From a virus, in UHGV virus genome UHGV-0046267: DNA of 26,300 nt. One strand, given 5' to 3'. Position 1 is the first letter of the stretch. Every line of letters begins with the position of its first letter. A program made the translations under genes and the position numbers. Below are positions 7,991 through 16,959 of the stretch, one piece after another. The notes under the pieces are model-generated. The model saw nothing but the letters and a program-made list of their open reading frames with translations. It ran no database searches and was not told the origin of the DNA.

Positions 7991-9112
7991 ATGGGCGACT
8001 TAGGTGGTATTCAGTCAGATTTAGCCCAACTAGTTAGACTGGTAATAGCTGAACAGTATGATGACGTTCGGTTATATGTCGCTCGCTTGGTGCGTAAATA
8101 TCGGGAAACTATGCCTGCTCTATCCGAGCAGCTTGATCTTTATCTACGAAATAAACCGCAAAAGCCTGCACAAAGCCTGCGTAAGGTTACCGCACCAAAA
8201 CAAGCGCTGCCTCAAACCATGCCTGTGGACGAGGAGTCAAGGCTTACCTTGCTTAAAGCACCAAATGAAAAGATTGTGAGCAAACCTCTACTGTCCAGTC
8301 AGATAGAAGACTCACTGGATCAAATTATTCTTGAGCGGAAGCACATCGATCGCCTCAAGGCTCTCGGCTTACAACCAACACGCTCTGCCATTTTTGTTGG
8401 CCCTCCGGGTGTAGGTAAAACACTTACGGCAAGCTGGTTAGCTCAGAAATTAGGGGTTCCTTTTTACGTTCTTGATTTAACGGCAGTAATGAGCAGCTAT
8501 CTGGGCAAAAGCGGAAATAACCTTCGGGCAGCTCTAGATTTTGCGAAGAAAGGGCCGTGCGTTCTTCTGTTAGATGAAATTGATTCAATCGCCAAAAAGA
8601 GAAGTGATGATTCTGATGTTGGAGAATTAAAAAGACTTGTTACCGTGATACTCCAGGAGGTTGACGAATGGCCGTCTTCTAGTTTGCTACTTGCTGCAAC
8701 TAACTTCGCTGAGTTGATTGATCCAGCACTATGGAGACGTTTTGATTTAGTGCTCAATTTTGAGAAGCCAGATAGCGAAAGTATTAAAGAAGCAATTAAA
8801 CGCTTTTCAGGTCCCGACTACGCGATTTTTGCACGTTGGATAGATCTACTGGCTATTATGTTCAAAAATGAATCTTTTAGTAATATTGAGCGTTCTATCA
8901 ACAAATTCCGACGTTCGGTCGCTTTAGGTATTTCCTCAGATGAAGAGTTGATTGGGTCGTTCATTAAAGATGGTTTATCAGAATTAGACAGGAATGAACG
9001 TAAAGAAATTGCAGTTACTCTAAAAAGAAATTCTAAATTATCCCAGCATGCCATATCAGACTTAACCGGAGTCAGTAGGGATACAATTAGAAAATACAGT
9101 CAAAAAATGTAA
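7991..9112 (+). CDS. AAA+ ATPase, first gene of the accessory cassette (IetA-like by architecture).
   Basis: 373 aa. Walker A GPPGVGKT and Walker B VLLLDEID present. AAGAGG RBS upstream. AT-rich relative to the phage backbone. C-terminus has an HTH-like stretch (LSQHAISDLTGVSRDTIRKY). Confidence 0.8.
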   Translation: MGDLGGIQSDLAQLVRLVIAEQYDDVRLYVARLVRKYRETMPALSEQLDLYLRNKPQKPAQSLRKVTAPKQALPQTMPVDEESRLTLLKAPNEKIVSKPLLSSQIEDSLDQIILERKHIDRLKALGLQPTRSAIFVGPPGVGKTLTASWLAQKLGVPFYVLDLTAVMSSYLGKSGNNLRAALDFAKKGPCVLLLDEIDSIAKKRSDDSDVGELKRLVTVILQEVDEWPSSSLLLAATNFAELIDPALWRRFDLVLNFEKPDSESIKEAIKRFSGPDYAIFARWIDLLAIMFKNESFSNIERSINKFRRSVALGISSDEELIGSFIKDGLSELDRNERKEIAVTLKRNSKLSQHAISDLTGVSRDTIRKYSQKM

Positions 9113-9135
9113 TACAGCATAGATAAGGAGTATGT

Positions 9136-11361
9136 ATGGCGAAAACTAATTTTCTGATTGGACGCGGCGAATTATTAACCAGCGATATTCCTGGTCCTAA
9201 AAGAGTGCCCGGAAAAGCTGAGGTTTATTCTCTTTACGAATCGAAACAACGTTTATTGCCGCAAATTGCATCTACTATAGAAAATTTTGATGATTTACCC
9301 AGTCAGGCATGTCCTTATGATTATGCTGTGGCTAAGTTGACGTTGAATCCGAGCTATATTGCACGCTCTTTTTTTCCTGCAAAAATGCTTAAGTCTACCG
9401 GGTTAACGTCTATTGGCAGCAGGACGGTAAAAATTACGCCTCAAAGCTGGAAGCGAAAAGTTACTGTGTCAGAAGTAACTACGACACAAATGTTTGTTGC
9501 TGGTAAAAGAGAATCCTTCAAAGAGTTACCTCATTGGGTGTCAGGACTCAAAGAGTTTTCTGACGAAGCGATTGATTTTGCACGCATAGAACGGTTCGAT
9601 GCCTATTTACCCGAAGAGCGTATTATTACCATTGGTGAGCAGGATTCTTCGTATTTTGAGGTTGGTGTTCATTTACTGCCAGATAATGAACAAGACTTGG
9701 TTCAGCAACAATTTGTTCAGTTTGCATCAAATTTGAACATCAAAGTACATACTTCATTAGCTTTTACCGCTGGTACATTATGGTTCGTGCCAATCCAGGC
9801 CGATAGAATTACTATTAGTAAGCTTGCGAAATTTACATTTGTACGAGTAATAAGACCGGTTCCAAGATTGCGTGGGATTAGACCAATACAAAGGAACTAC
9901 GGTCCTTTAGCTCAGTGTAAATTGCCTGCTGAGGGCCCCGTATCTTCAGAAATAAAAGTTGCGATTCTTGATGGTGGTTTACCATCAGAGCACGCTATAT
10001 CGCCATGGTTAAAATCCTATAGAGTTTTGGACGATCATGCAGAGGATGATCCAGACGGTTTAGAGCATGGTTTAGCTGTGTCTTCAGCCTTTTTATTTGG
10101 ACCAATAAGTAATAAATCGGAAGCGAAAAGACCATACTCTTATATTGATAACTTAAGAGTTTTGGACAACAAGACCTGCCAAGAAGATCCGCTGGAACTA
10201 TATCGAACTTTGGGCTTTATTGAAGAGGTATTGTTGTCTCGCCAGTATCAGTTTATCAATCTAAGTTTAGGTCCAGACCTACCAATTGAAGATACGGAAG
10301 TTCATGCATGGACTTCCGTTATTGATGATTTGTTAAGTGATGGTGAAACATTAATGACTGTTGCTGTTGGCAACAATGGAGAAATGGATCGCAAGTCTGG
10401 TAATGCAAGAATTCAAGTACCAGCCGATTGCGTTAATGCTCTTGCTGTTGGTGCTTGTGATACAGTTAATGATACGGAATGGAAACGAGCACCATATAGC
10501 GCCATTGGGCCAGGCAGAAGTCCTGGCGTGATGAAACCGGATTTAGTTGCGTTTGGTGGTGACACAGACGAGTACTTTCATGTTTTAGGTAAAGGTAAGA
10601 AGCCTGTAATCATACCCCAGCTAGGAACAAGCTTTGCCTCTCCTTACGCCTTACGAGCAGCTGTTGGTGTTCGGGCAATTTTAGGGAACGATTTGAGCCT
10701 ACTAGCAATCAAAGCTTTGTTAATTCATGCGTCAAAACAGCTTGATCATCCTTGTACAGAAGTTGGCTGGGGAAAACTGCCTGAAGACTTGAACGACATT
10801 ATAGTCAGCCCTGATGGTGTTGCCCGTATCGTCTACCAAGGTGAATTGAAACCAGGAAAATACTTACGCGCTTCTCTTCCAATACCTGAAGGTGGCTTGA
10901 AAGGTAGAATAAACTTAGCGGCAACTTTCTGTTATGCAACAACCACTGATCCACAAGACCCAGCTTCCTATACAAAAGCTGGTTTGGAAGTGACATTCCG
11001 GCCAAATGATTCAAAAATCAAAGACGGAAAACAAAATGCTGAAACCAAGGGATTCTTTGAACTGGCCAAATATTCAACTGAAAGTGAGCGACGTTCTGAC
11101 ATGGGCAAATGGGAGACCGTCTTACATAATTCGAAGAACATGCTAGGTTCAACTCTAAAAAATCCTGTATTTGACATTCATTATAACGCTCGTGAGGCCG
11201 GTGCAAGCATAGCCAGCCATAAGGCAGAAAAAATCAAGTATGCTCTTATAATTACCATTAAGGCATCAAAGCACCAAGACCTGTATAACGAAATTTTACG
11301 TACTTATAATCAGGTGCTCGTGCCAATTCAACCGCAAACATCAATTCCTATTCGTTCGTAA
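9136..11361 (+). CDS. Subtilisin-like serine peptidase, S8 family, second gene of the cassette (IetS-like by architecture).
   Basis: 741 aa, 23 bp downstream of the ATPase with an AAGGAG RBS. Catalytic triad motifs in canonical order: Asp (VAILDGG), His (HGLAVSS), Ser (GTSFASP). Extra N- and C-terminal regions of unknown function. Confidence 0.85.
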   Translation: MAKTNFLIGRGELLTSDIPGPKRVPGKAEVYSLYESKQRLLPQIASTIENFDDLPSQACPYDYAVAKLTLNPSYIARSFFPAKMLKSTGLTSIGSRTVKITPQSWKRKVTVSEVTTTQMFVAGKRESFKELPHWVSGLKEFSDEAIDFARIERFDAYLPEERIITIGEQDSSYFEVGVHLLPDNEQDLVQQQFVQFASNLNIKVHTSLAFTAGTLWFVPIQADRITISKLAKFTFVRVIRPVPRLRGIRPIQRNYGPLAQCKLPAEGPVSSEIKVAILDGGLPSEHAISPWLKSYRVLDDHAEDDPDGLEHGLAVSSAFLFGPISNKSEAKRPYSYIDNLRVLDNKTCQEDPLELYRTLGFIEEVLLSRQYQFINLSLGPDLPIEDTEVHAWTSVIDDLLSDGETLMTVAVGNNGEMDRKSGNARIQVPADCVNALAVGACDTVNDTEWKRAPYSAIGPGRSPGVMKPDLVAFGGDTDEYFHVLGKGKKPVIIPQLGTSFASPYALRAAVGVRAILGNDLSLLAIKALLIHASKQLDHPCTEVGWGKLPEDLNDIIVSPDGVARIVYQGELKPGKYLRASLPIPEGGLKGRINLAATFCYATTTDPQDPASYTKAGLEVTFRPNDSKIKDGKQNAETKGFFELAKYSTESERRSDMGKWETVLHNSKNMLGSTLKNPVFDIHYNAREAGASIASHKAEKIKYALIITIKASKHQDLYNEILRTYNQVLVPIQPQTSIPIRS

Positions 11362-11376
11362 TCCTTCAAGACATAA

Positions 11377-11405
11377 TGCCCCTCAATTTGAGGGGCATTT
11401 CTTTG
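11377..11405 (+). terminator. Intrinsic terminator closing the accessory operon.
   Basis: Perfect hairpin ATGCCCCTCAA / TTGAGGGGCAT followed by a T-rich tract, 16 bp after the peptidase stop. Confidence 0.7.
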
Positions 11406-11823
11406 CACAAAAGTGCACAAATTTGCACAATTTTTTTGAACAACTTTTTACCCTTCCGGCCCGCATGGCGGCTGGATCCGTCAAGGATCCGTGCGTGCAC
11501 AAAAAAACGCGTTTTTTCTGCGCGCAGGTGACGGGGGAACAGCCCGCGTTTCAGGGGGTAAATAGCATCCCCTGAACGATGTCGCAGCGACACAACAGAA
11601 TGGCTGTATTTCTCACGCTGAGCGTGAAAAAGACGTGAGGGCTTTTGATTTGATGGGGTGAAAGGTAAGGCCGTCAAAATCGCACTGAGACGGCGAGAAC
11701 ATGCAGTCAACGCGGTGGGATTGCGTAAGAGTCTGACTGTCGATGATGGCAATCAGCAGGAAAGCATCGTGAAATTATCTGACTGATACAGGAGCTGGAG
11801 AGTCGGGGGGGGGAAATTTTTTT
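11406..11823. other. Repeat- and palindrome-rich non-coding region, candidate cos/packaging region.
   Basis: No credible ORF. Contains three TGCACAA repeats (about 11403-11430), a GGATCCGT direct repeat, and a 16-bp palindrome AAAAAACGCGTTTTTT (11502-11517). In P2 the cos site lies between the old/tin region and gene Q. Confidence 0.35.
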
Positions 11824-11918
11824 NNNNNNNNNNNNNNNNNNNNNNNNNNNNNNNNNNNNNNNNNNNNNNNNNNNNNNNNNNNNNNNNNNNNNNNNNNNNN
11901 NNNNNNNNNNNNNNNNNN
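11824..11918. other. Assembly gap (95 N).
   Basis: N-run flanked on both sides by the same AAATTTTTT string and by a G homopolymer. Confidence 0.9.
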
Positions 11919-11961
11919 AAATTTTTTATGCCCCGGCGAAGCAGCAGACAAGCGAAGCGCG

Positions 11962-13008
11962 TCAGGATGTGGGCTGGGTGTCTAACAGTGCGTAAGGGTT
12001 AAAGCGGATCACCTCTTCGCCAAGCCAGTCATTGATGTGCTTCATGGCCTCCATGACGGGCATCAGCTCGTTAATTGCGTAAACCCGTGCGGCCTTCTCC
12101 ACATCACCAAACGCACTTTTTTCGCCCGGCATCGCCCCCATCAGTTGCGGCGGAACGCGGTGCGCAGCCAGCACATCATCACGGGATGCCGCCTTAACAT
12201 TCATGAACTCATCCTTTGCGGTGATCTGCTGGAACGGCAAAATTTGCACCCCCTCTTTGCCCCCGTTGGGCGCATGGATGAGCACGTTTTTAAACGCACC
12301 ACCACCACGTGCCCCCTGTAACGTTTCTTTCAGGGAGTCCATGCTTTCGCGGTTTACCTGCGCTGCTCCGATGTAGATGATGCACCCGGCGTGGGATCCA
12401 TTGTCGTAATACAGTTTTCTGAACATGTCCGCCGAATGAGACAGGCTGGCCGAGAGTAATGCGCCAAGATATTCCGGCATGCCGTAAATTTCCTGGTTAA
12501 TGTCCGGATTCATCAGGTGGCACACTTTGCCAGGGCGAAACTGAAACGCGTCCTTGCCATCCTGCACATACCACCATGATTCAAGATCGCTTCCGCGTCG
12601 CATGTATTTCGCCAGGGCGTGCCGTAATTTAAGCGGTTCGCCGAGCATATTGCTTCGAAGCTCAAGGAATGCGTTACCGAACACAAACCAGTCCAGCGCC
12701 AGCGCCGAGAAATCCTGCCGGGAAAGCAACGGGTGCGGGATGTAGCAACCGAGTAATACATTGCGCTTAAAGTAAAGCGCAGACTGATGCCAGGACGTTT
12801 GCCGGGCAGCTCTTGCCAGACCGTACCAGTCCACCGGGGTTTCATACCACCGCCCGTTATCAGCACAGTACATATTGTCCAGCAGGTCATGCCCGGTCAG
12901 GCGATAAGGACCATCAAATGTGAATGCACTGAGCGATGATTCTTTCCTGAGCGCATCAGCGAGATCAATGCGTGAACTCATGCGCACTTTTTTATTTTTT
13001 CTGCTCAT
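11962..13008 (-). CDS. Portal protein, P2 gpQ-like.
   Basis: 348 aa, start overlapping the terminase stop, divergent from the capsid genes exactly as Q-P in P2. Confidence 0.85.
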   Translation of the reverse strand: MSRKNKKVRMSSRIDLADALRKESSLSAFTFDGPYRLTGHDLLDNMYCADNGRWYETPVDWYGLARAARQTSWHQSALYFKRNVLLGCYIPHPLLSRQDFSALALDWFVFGNAFLELRSNMLGEPLKLRHALAKYMRRGSDLESWWYVQDGKDAFQFRPGKVCHLMNPDINQEIYGMPEYLGALLSASLSHSADMFRKLYYDNGSHAGCIIYIGAAQVNRESMDSLKETLQGARGGGAFKNVLIHAPNGGKEGVQILPFQQITAKDEFMNVKAASRDDVLAAHRVPPQLMGAMPGEKSAFGDVEKAARVYAINELMPVMEAMKHINDWLGEEVIRFNPYALLDTQPTS

Positions 13009-14759
13009 CAGAACTCCATAACCGTGAAACGCTCGTTTTCTCCTTCGCCGCCAATTGGTTCGTTAATGACAGCAAGCATGGTTGCCCACGCAAGGTCGCC
13101 GTGGCTGATCCCCCTCGCGCGGTCCGTTTCGTAAGTGATAAAGCCGCCCGGTGTTTTCACCTTACGCACGGCGTTAAAGGCCGCGACCAGCTCGCGTTCG
13201 GCGCGATCGTATTCCCACCGCCCGGCACGCATTATTTGCAGCATTTTCAGTACCAGCGACCGTTTTGATGACAGCGTGAAGGTGTACGGAATAGCGGCAG
13301 GGAAAAACCGTTTCACTATCTGATAAACAGCCTCCCCGTTCCCGCCCGTCACATCAATGCCGATGTGTTCCACGTTGTAGCGACACGTGAACTCTTCAAT
13401 GACTCTGGCCTGTTCTTCAAACTCCAGCCCCTGAACGCGTCGCGTCTCCACCGTTCGAAAACGGCCACCAGGAACAGACGGAGGAACCACCACGGACACA
13501 GCGCCGCTGTCGCCGTTGCCACTGCTGCCGTTTGCGTCATACCCAATCCATACCGGACGATTCCCCATCGGGCGGGGAGCAAAAGGTTTCCAGTCTTTCC
13601 AGTCGTCGTATCCGTCAACACCGCAGCCAATCAGGATATTCAGGTTAAATGCCGATTCCCCTTCGCGGACAAACTCACACATATAGAGATTGTGGAACTC
13701 GTCTTCGGTGTTTTCATCACGAATTTCGTCGATATCGGTGTGTTCCCAGCCGTGATTAACCACATCTTCCAGCGTGACAATTTGCCGCCACGTCCGGTCA
13801 GGGCAGATAAGCCCGTTATGCAGCGTTTTCCAGTCCACAGAAAAACGCTGGCGTTTATGCGTGGCCTTTTTCTCGTTCCAGCGGTCGCCGTTCCAGTAGG
13901 CGTATGCCTCGTGCGTTTCGGTGGATGGCGTGGAGAAGTAGGTGCGCCGCAGTCCGCTGAGGGTTGCCATAGCGCCAGCCACCTTGCGCAGTTCAGCAAA
14001 GCGACTGACCCAGAAAAATTCATCAAAATAAAAATTGCCCGTATAGGACTGTGCCGACGCAGCAGAAGTGCCGAGAAAATGCAGCTCTGCGCCGTTGGAG
14101 AGGATGATTTTATCACCCCCTTTCAGCTCCACATCAACTTCAGCCGCGGCCTTCTGAATAATGCTTTTAAACTGGAACGCCTGACGACGCGACGCAGACA
14201 AAAAAATCTGGTTACGCTGGTAAGGTTGCGCCACATCGTCACGCAGCGCCATCAGCAGCGCTTCCTGTGCAAAATACCAGGTCGCCCCAATCTGTCGGGA
14301 TTTCAGGATCATCCTGTTACGTATCCCTGCTTCCCTGCAAAGGGTCAGGGAGTCAAACCAGCCCCGCTGATGCCACTCCAGCCTGCTGATGATTTTTTCC
14401 CGCAGTGCGGCAATCTGTTCCGGCGTGAAATGATTTTTAAGCTTTTTCGCCCGGCCTTTCTTTCCTGTGGCCGTCGCATCCGGCTGGCCATCATGCAGTT
14501 TTTTAAGCTGCCGGGTCAGCAGGTCTATTTCCTTGAAGTCACCACCTGTTTTATTCTGTTTTTCAGTGAGCTGGATGAGGCGCGCATCGATGGACTGCGT
14601 AACACGCTGCACGGGTGGTGTTTCATCCCACTGGTCGCGTTTTTTCCACGCATAAATCGTGTTCGGGTTTATTCCCATCAGACGTGATATTTCTGCGGGC
14701 GGATACCCCTGCCAGTAAAGTTGCCGCGCACGCTGGCGCACAAAAGCGTCCTGAATCAT
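13008..14759 (-). CDS. Terminase large (ATPase) subunit, P2 gpP-like.
   Basis: 583 aa with ATG at 14759. Size and position match P2 gpP, upstream of and coupled to the portal gene. Confidence 0.85.
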   Translation of the reverse strand: MIQDAFVRQRARQLYWQGYPPAEISRLMGINPNTIYAWKKRDQWDETPPVQRVTQSIDARLIQLTEKQNKTGGDFKEIDLLTRQLKKLHDGQPDATATGKKGRAKKLKNHFTPEQIAALREKIISRLEWHQRGWFDSLTLCREAGIRNRMILKSRQIGATWYFAQEALLMALRDDVAQPYQRNQIFLSASRRQAFQFKSIIQKAAAEVDVELKGGDKIILSNGAELHFLGTSAASAQSYTGNFYFDEFFWVSRFAELRKVAGAMATLSGLRRTYFSTPSTETHEAYAYWNGDRWNEKKATHKRQRFSVDWKTLHNGLICPDRTWRQIVTLEDVVNHGWEHTDIDEIRDENTEDEFHNLYMCEFVREGESAFNLNILIGCGVDGYDDWKDWKPFAPRPMGNRPVWIGYDANGSSGNGDSGAVSVVVPPSVPGGRFRTVETRRVQGLEFEEQARVIEEFTCRYNVEHIGIDVTGGNGEAVYQIVKRFFPAAIPYTFTLSSKRSLVLKMLQIMRAGRWEYDRAERELVAAFNAVRKVKTPGGFITYETDRARGISHGDLAWATMLAVINEPIGGEGENERFTVMEF

Positions 14760-14914
14760 TGCTCCCCCTGAGTAATTACAGGAAGATTACCCGCGCGCGA
14801 AACCGTTCTCCTTAACCCCCTGTTCTGGCCGTTTTCTTACAACAAAAGCCCTTTGTATCAGCCTGTTACGCTTTGCCATCATGACTGAAGAACCAGTCAG
14901 AGGGGCAAAAAACT

Positions 14915-15751
14915 ATGGCTAATGAAAAAAAGACATCCCGCAAAAAGTTTCGCGTGGCTGTCTCCGGATCAACTGTTGATGGCCGTGAAATCAGTCCGGT
15001 GCATCTGCGTGAAGCCGCCGAGAACTTCAACCCGGATGTTTACGCTGCCCGCGTGAACGTTGAGCACTATCTCTCGCCATGCCCGTCAAGCGAATTTTCC
15101 GCAATGGGCGATGTCACCGCACTGAGTACGGAAGACATTACGGAAGGTCCGCTGGCCGGACGTACTGCGCTGTATGCAGAAATCGAACCGACCGAGCGCA
15201 TGAAGCAGCTTGTCGCGGACGGCAAGAAAATCTATTCCAGTATCGAACTGCACCCGCAGTTCTCCGTTAACGGGCGCGCCTATCTGGTCGGGCTGGCGAT
15301 GACCGACACCCCGGCAAGCCTGGGCACTGAGCGCCTGAAATTTACGGCACAGCAACGTCAGGCGGTAATGACGTTCAACAGTGTCCAGGGTGAAGCACCG
15401 CTTATCTCCGAAGCCATCGAGTCTGAAATCATCGAAATGGCAGAACAACGCCAGGAAGAAGGCACCCAGTGGTTTAACCGCGTAATGGGGATTATTGGTC
15501 GTGGCCGCAAAGCGGATGACGCCAGTTTCTCCCGTATTCAGGAAGCGCTGGAAGGCGTCGCAACGTCACAGGCCGACATTATCGACCGTTTTAATGTGCT
15601 GGAAACCCGCCATCAGCAGGACAGCCAGAAAATCACGTCACTGACCACAGAGCTGACAGCATTGAAGGAAAAACTGCGCACGCAGGACGGCGATCCGCAG
15701 AACCGGTTCACCGCAACAGGTGCAGCCTCCGACCTGCTGGCTGACTTCTGA
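14915..15751 (+). CDS. Capsid scaffolding protein, P2 gpO-like.
   Basis: 278 aa, first gene of the rightward late operon divergent from P; acidic, coiled-coil-rich C-terminus. Confidence 0.8.
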   Translation: MANEKKTSRKKFRVAVSGSTVDGREISPVHLREAAENFNPDVYAARVNVEHYLSPCPSSEFSAMGDVTALSTEDITEGPLAGRTALYAEIEPTERMKQLVADGKKIYSSIELHPQFSVNGRAYLVGLAMTDTPASLGTERLKFTAQQRQAVMTFNSVQGEAPLISEAIESEIIEMAEQRQEEGTQWFNRVMGIIGRGRKADDASFSRIQEALEGVATSQADIIDRFNVLETRHQQDSQKITSLTTELTALKEKLRTQDGDPQNRFTATGAASDLLADF

Positions 15752-15774
15752 TAAGACAAAGGAGCAAATTTTTT

Positions 15775-16827
15775 ATGAATCTGGTGATGTCAGATATTAC
15801 CCGCAACAAGCTGGGTTGCTATATGGCGCAGCAGGCGTCGCTTAACAATATCCCGGTTTCTGCACTGGTATCGCGATTTACCGTGGAACCCGCGGTGCAG
15901 CAGCGTTTTGAAAACGCCTCAAAGGAAAGTACCGAATTTACGAAAAGAATTAACGTGATCGGCGTGACCGACCAGAAAGGCGAAAAAATCCTCCTGGATA
16001 CCACAGGACCGATTGCGCGCACGAATACCAGTTATGACGGCACAAAACGCCGTAACCCGAATAACGTGGTTGATCTGAAAAACCGCAAATACCAGTGCGA
16101 ACAGGTGAACTACGACACGTTTATTTCGTATCCGCAGCTTGATGCCTGGTCGGCACACCCTGATTTTCAGTCCCGCATCAGCGCACAGATTGCCCGACAG
16201 GTGGCACTTGACCGCATCATGATCGGTTTCAACGGCACGTCTCACGCGGATGAGTCCAACTTCAGCACCAACAAGTTGCTCCAGGACGTTAACGTGGGGT
16301 GGCTGGAGCACATCAGAACCAACGCCAGCGAACGCGTTATGAATGACGTGACGCTGACCTCCCGTAACATGGACAACACCGTGGCGCACGCGGGTAAGTA
16401 TGCGAACGCTGATGCACTGGTACAGGACGCGCGCTCATCCCTGCTGGATGAATGGCACAAGGAAGCTGACGACCTCGTGGTGATTATGGGGCGCAACCTG
16501 TTTAACTCGCTGCGTCTGCCCGTGCTGAACAGCATCAGCGGCCAGAATCCCAATGCGGAATTACTTGCCGGGCAGCTCATTCTGTCATCGCGCACCATTG
16601 GCGGGCTGGGCGTGTTCCTTGCGCCGTTCTTCCCGGATTCAACGATGCTGATCACCTCGTTCAACAACCTGTCGATTTACTGGCAGAAAGGTTCAATGCG
16701 TCGTCTGATGAAAGACGAACCGGAATACAACCGCATCGCCACCTACCAGTCCATCAATGACGCTTATGTCGTTGAAGACTATGGCAAGTGCGCGATGGTC
16801 ACTGGCCTGAAGTTCGCCGACAGCTAA
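15775..16827 (+). CDS. Major capsid protein, P2 gpN-like.
   Basis: 350 aa with an AAGGAG RBS. Position and conserved blocks (KYQCEQVNYD, GFNGTSHAD, GWLEHIR) are consistent with the gpN family. Confidence 0.85.
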   Translation: MNLVMSDITRNKLGCYMAQQASLNNIPVSALVSRFTVEPAVQQRFENASKESTEFTKRINVIGVTDQKGEKILLDTTGPIARTNTSYDGTKRRNPNNVVDLKNRKYQCEQVNYDTFISYPQLDAWSAHPDFQSRISAQIARQVALDRIMIGFNGTSHADESNFSTNKLLQDVNVGWLEHIRTNASERVMNDVTLTSRNMDNTVAHAGKYANADALVQDARSSLLDEWHKEADDLVVIMGRNLFNSLRLPVLNSISGQNPNAELLAGQLILSSRTIGGLGVFLAPFFPDSTMLITSFNNLSIYWQKGSMRRLMKDEPEYNRIATYQSINDAYVVEDYGKCAMVTGLKFADS

Positions 16828-16857
16828 TCAACTCACGGCGGGCATCATGCCCGCCTG

Positions 16858-16915
16858 NNNNNNNNNNNNNNNNNNNNNNNNNNNNNNNNNNNNNNNNNNN
16901 NNNNNNNNNNNNNNN
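16858..16915. other. Assembly gap (58 N) with probable artefactual homopolymer sequence on its right flank.
   Basis: CCGCCTG is present on both sides of the N-run; CACCCCGGGGGGGGCACCCCCCCC follows the gap. Confidence 0.85.
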
Positions 16916-16959
16916 CACCCCGGGGGGGGCACCCCCCCCGCCTGTAACGGAGAGAAAAA

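Noticed and set aside
11366-11752. 128-aa minus-strand ORF in the cos-proximal region
   Set aside because: Arg-rich low-complexity translation, no RBS, runs through the operon terminator hairpin and palindromes; more likely non-coding.
13365-14687. 440-aa plus-strand ORF
   Set aside because: Lies entirely antisense to the terminase large subunit gene; low-complexity, Arg-rich translation typical of a shadow frame.
14760-14914. Ogr-type late promoter motif (TGT-N12-ACA) between divergent terminase and scaffold genes
   Set aside because: Late promoters are expected here, but the TGT/ACA pairs I found have the wrong spacing (15 rather than 12); not reported as a feature.
16916-16940. G/C homopolymer inverted repeat (CACCCCGGGGGGGGCACCCCCCCC) as a possible regulatory hairpin
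   Set aside because: Directly abuts an N-run and a duplicated flank; most likely contig-end artefact.
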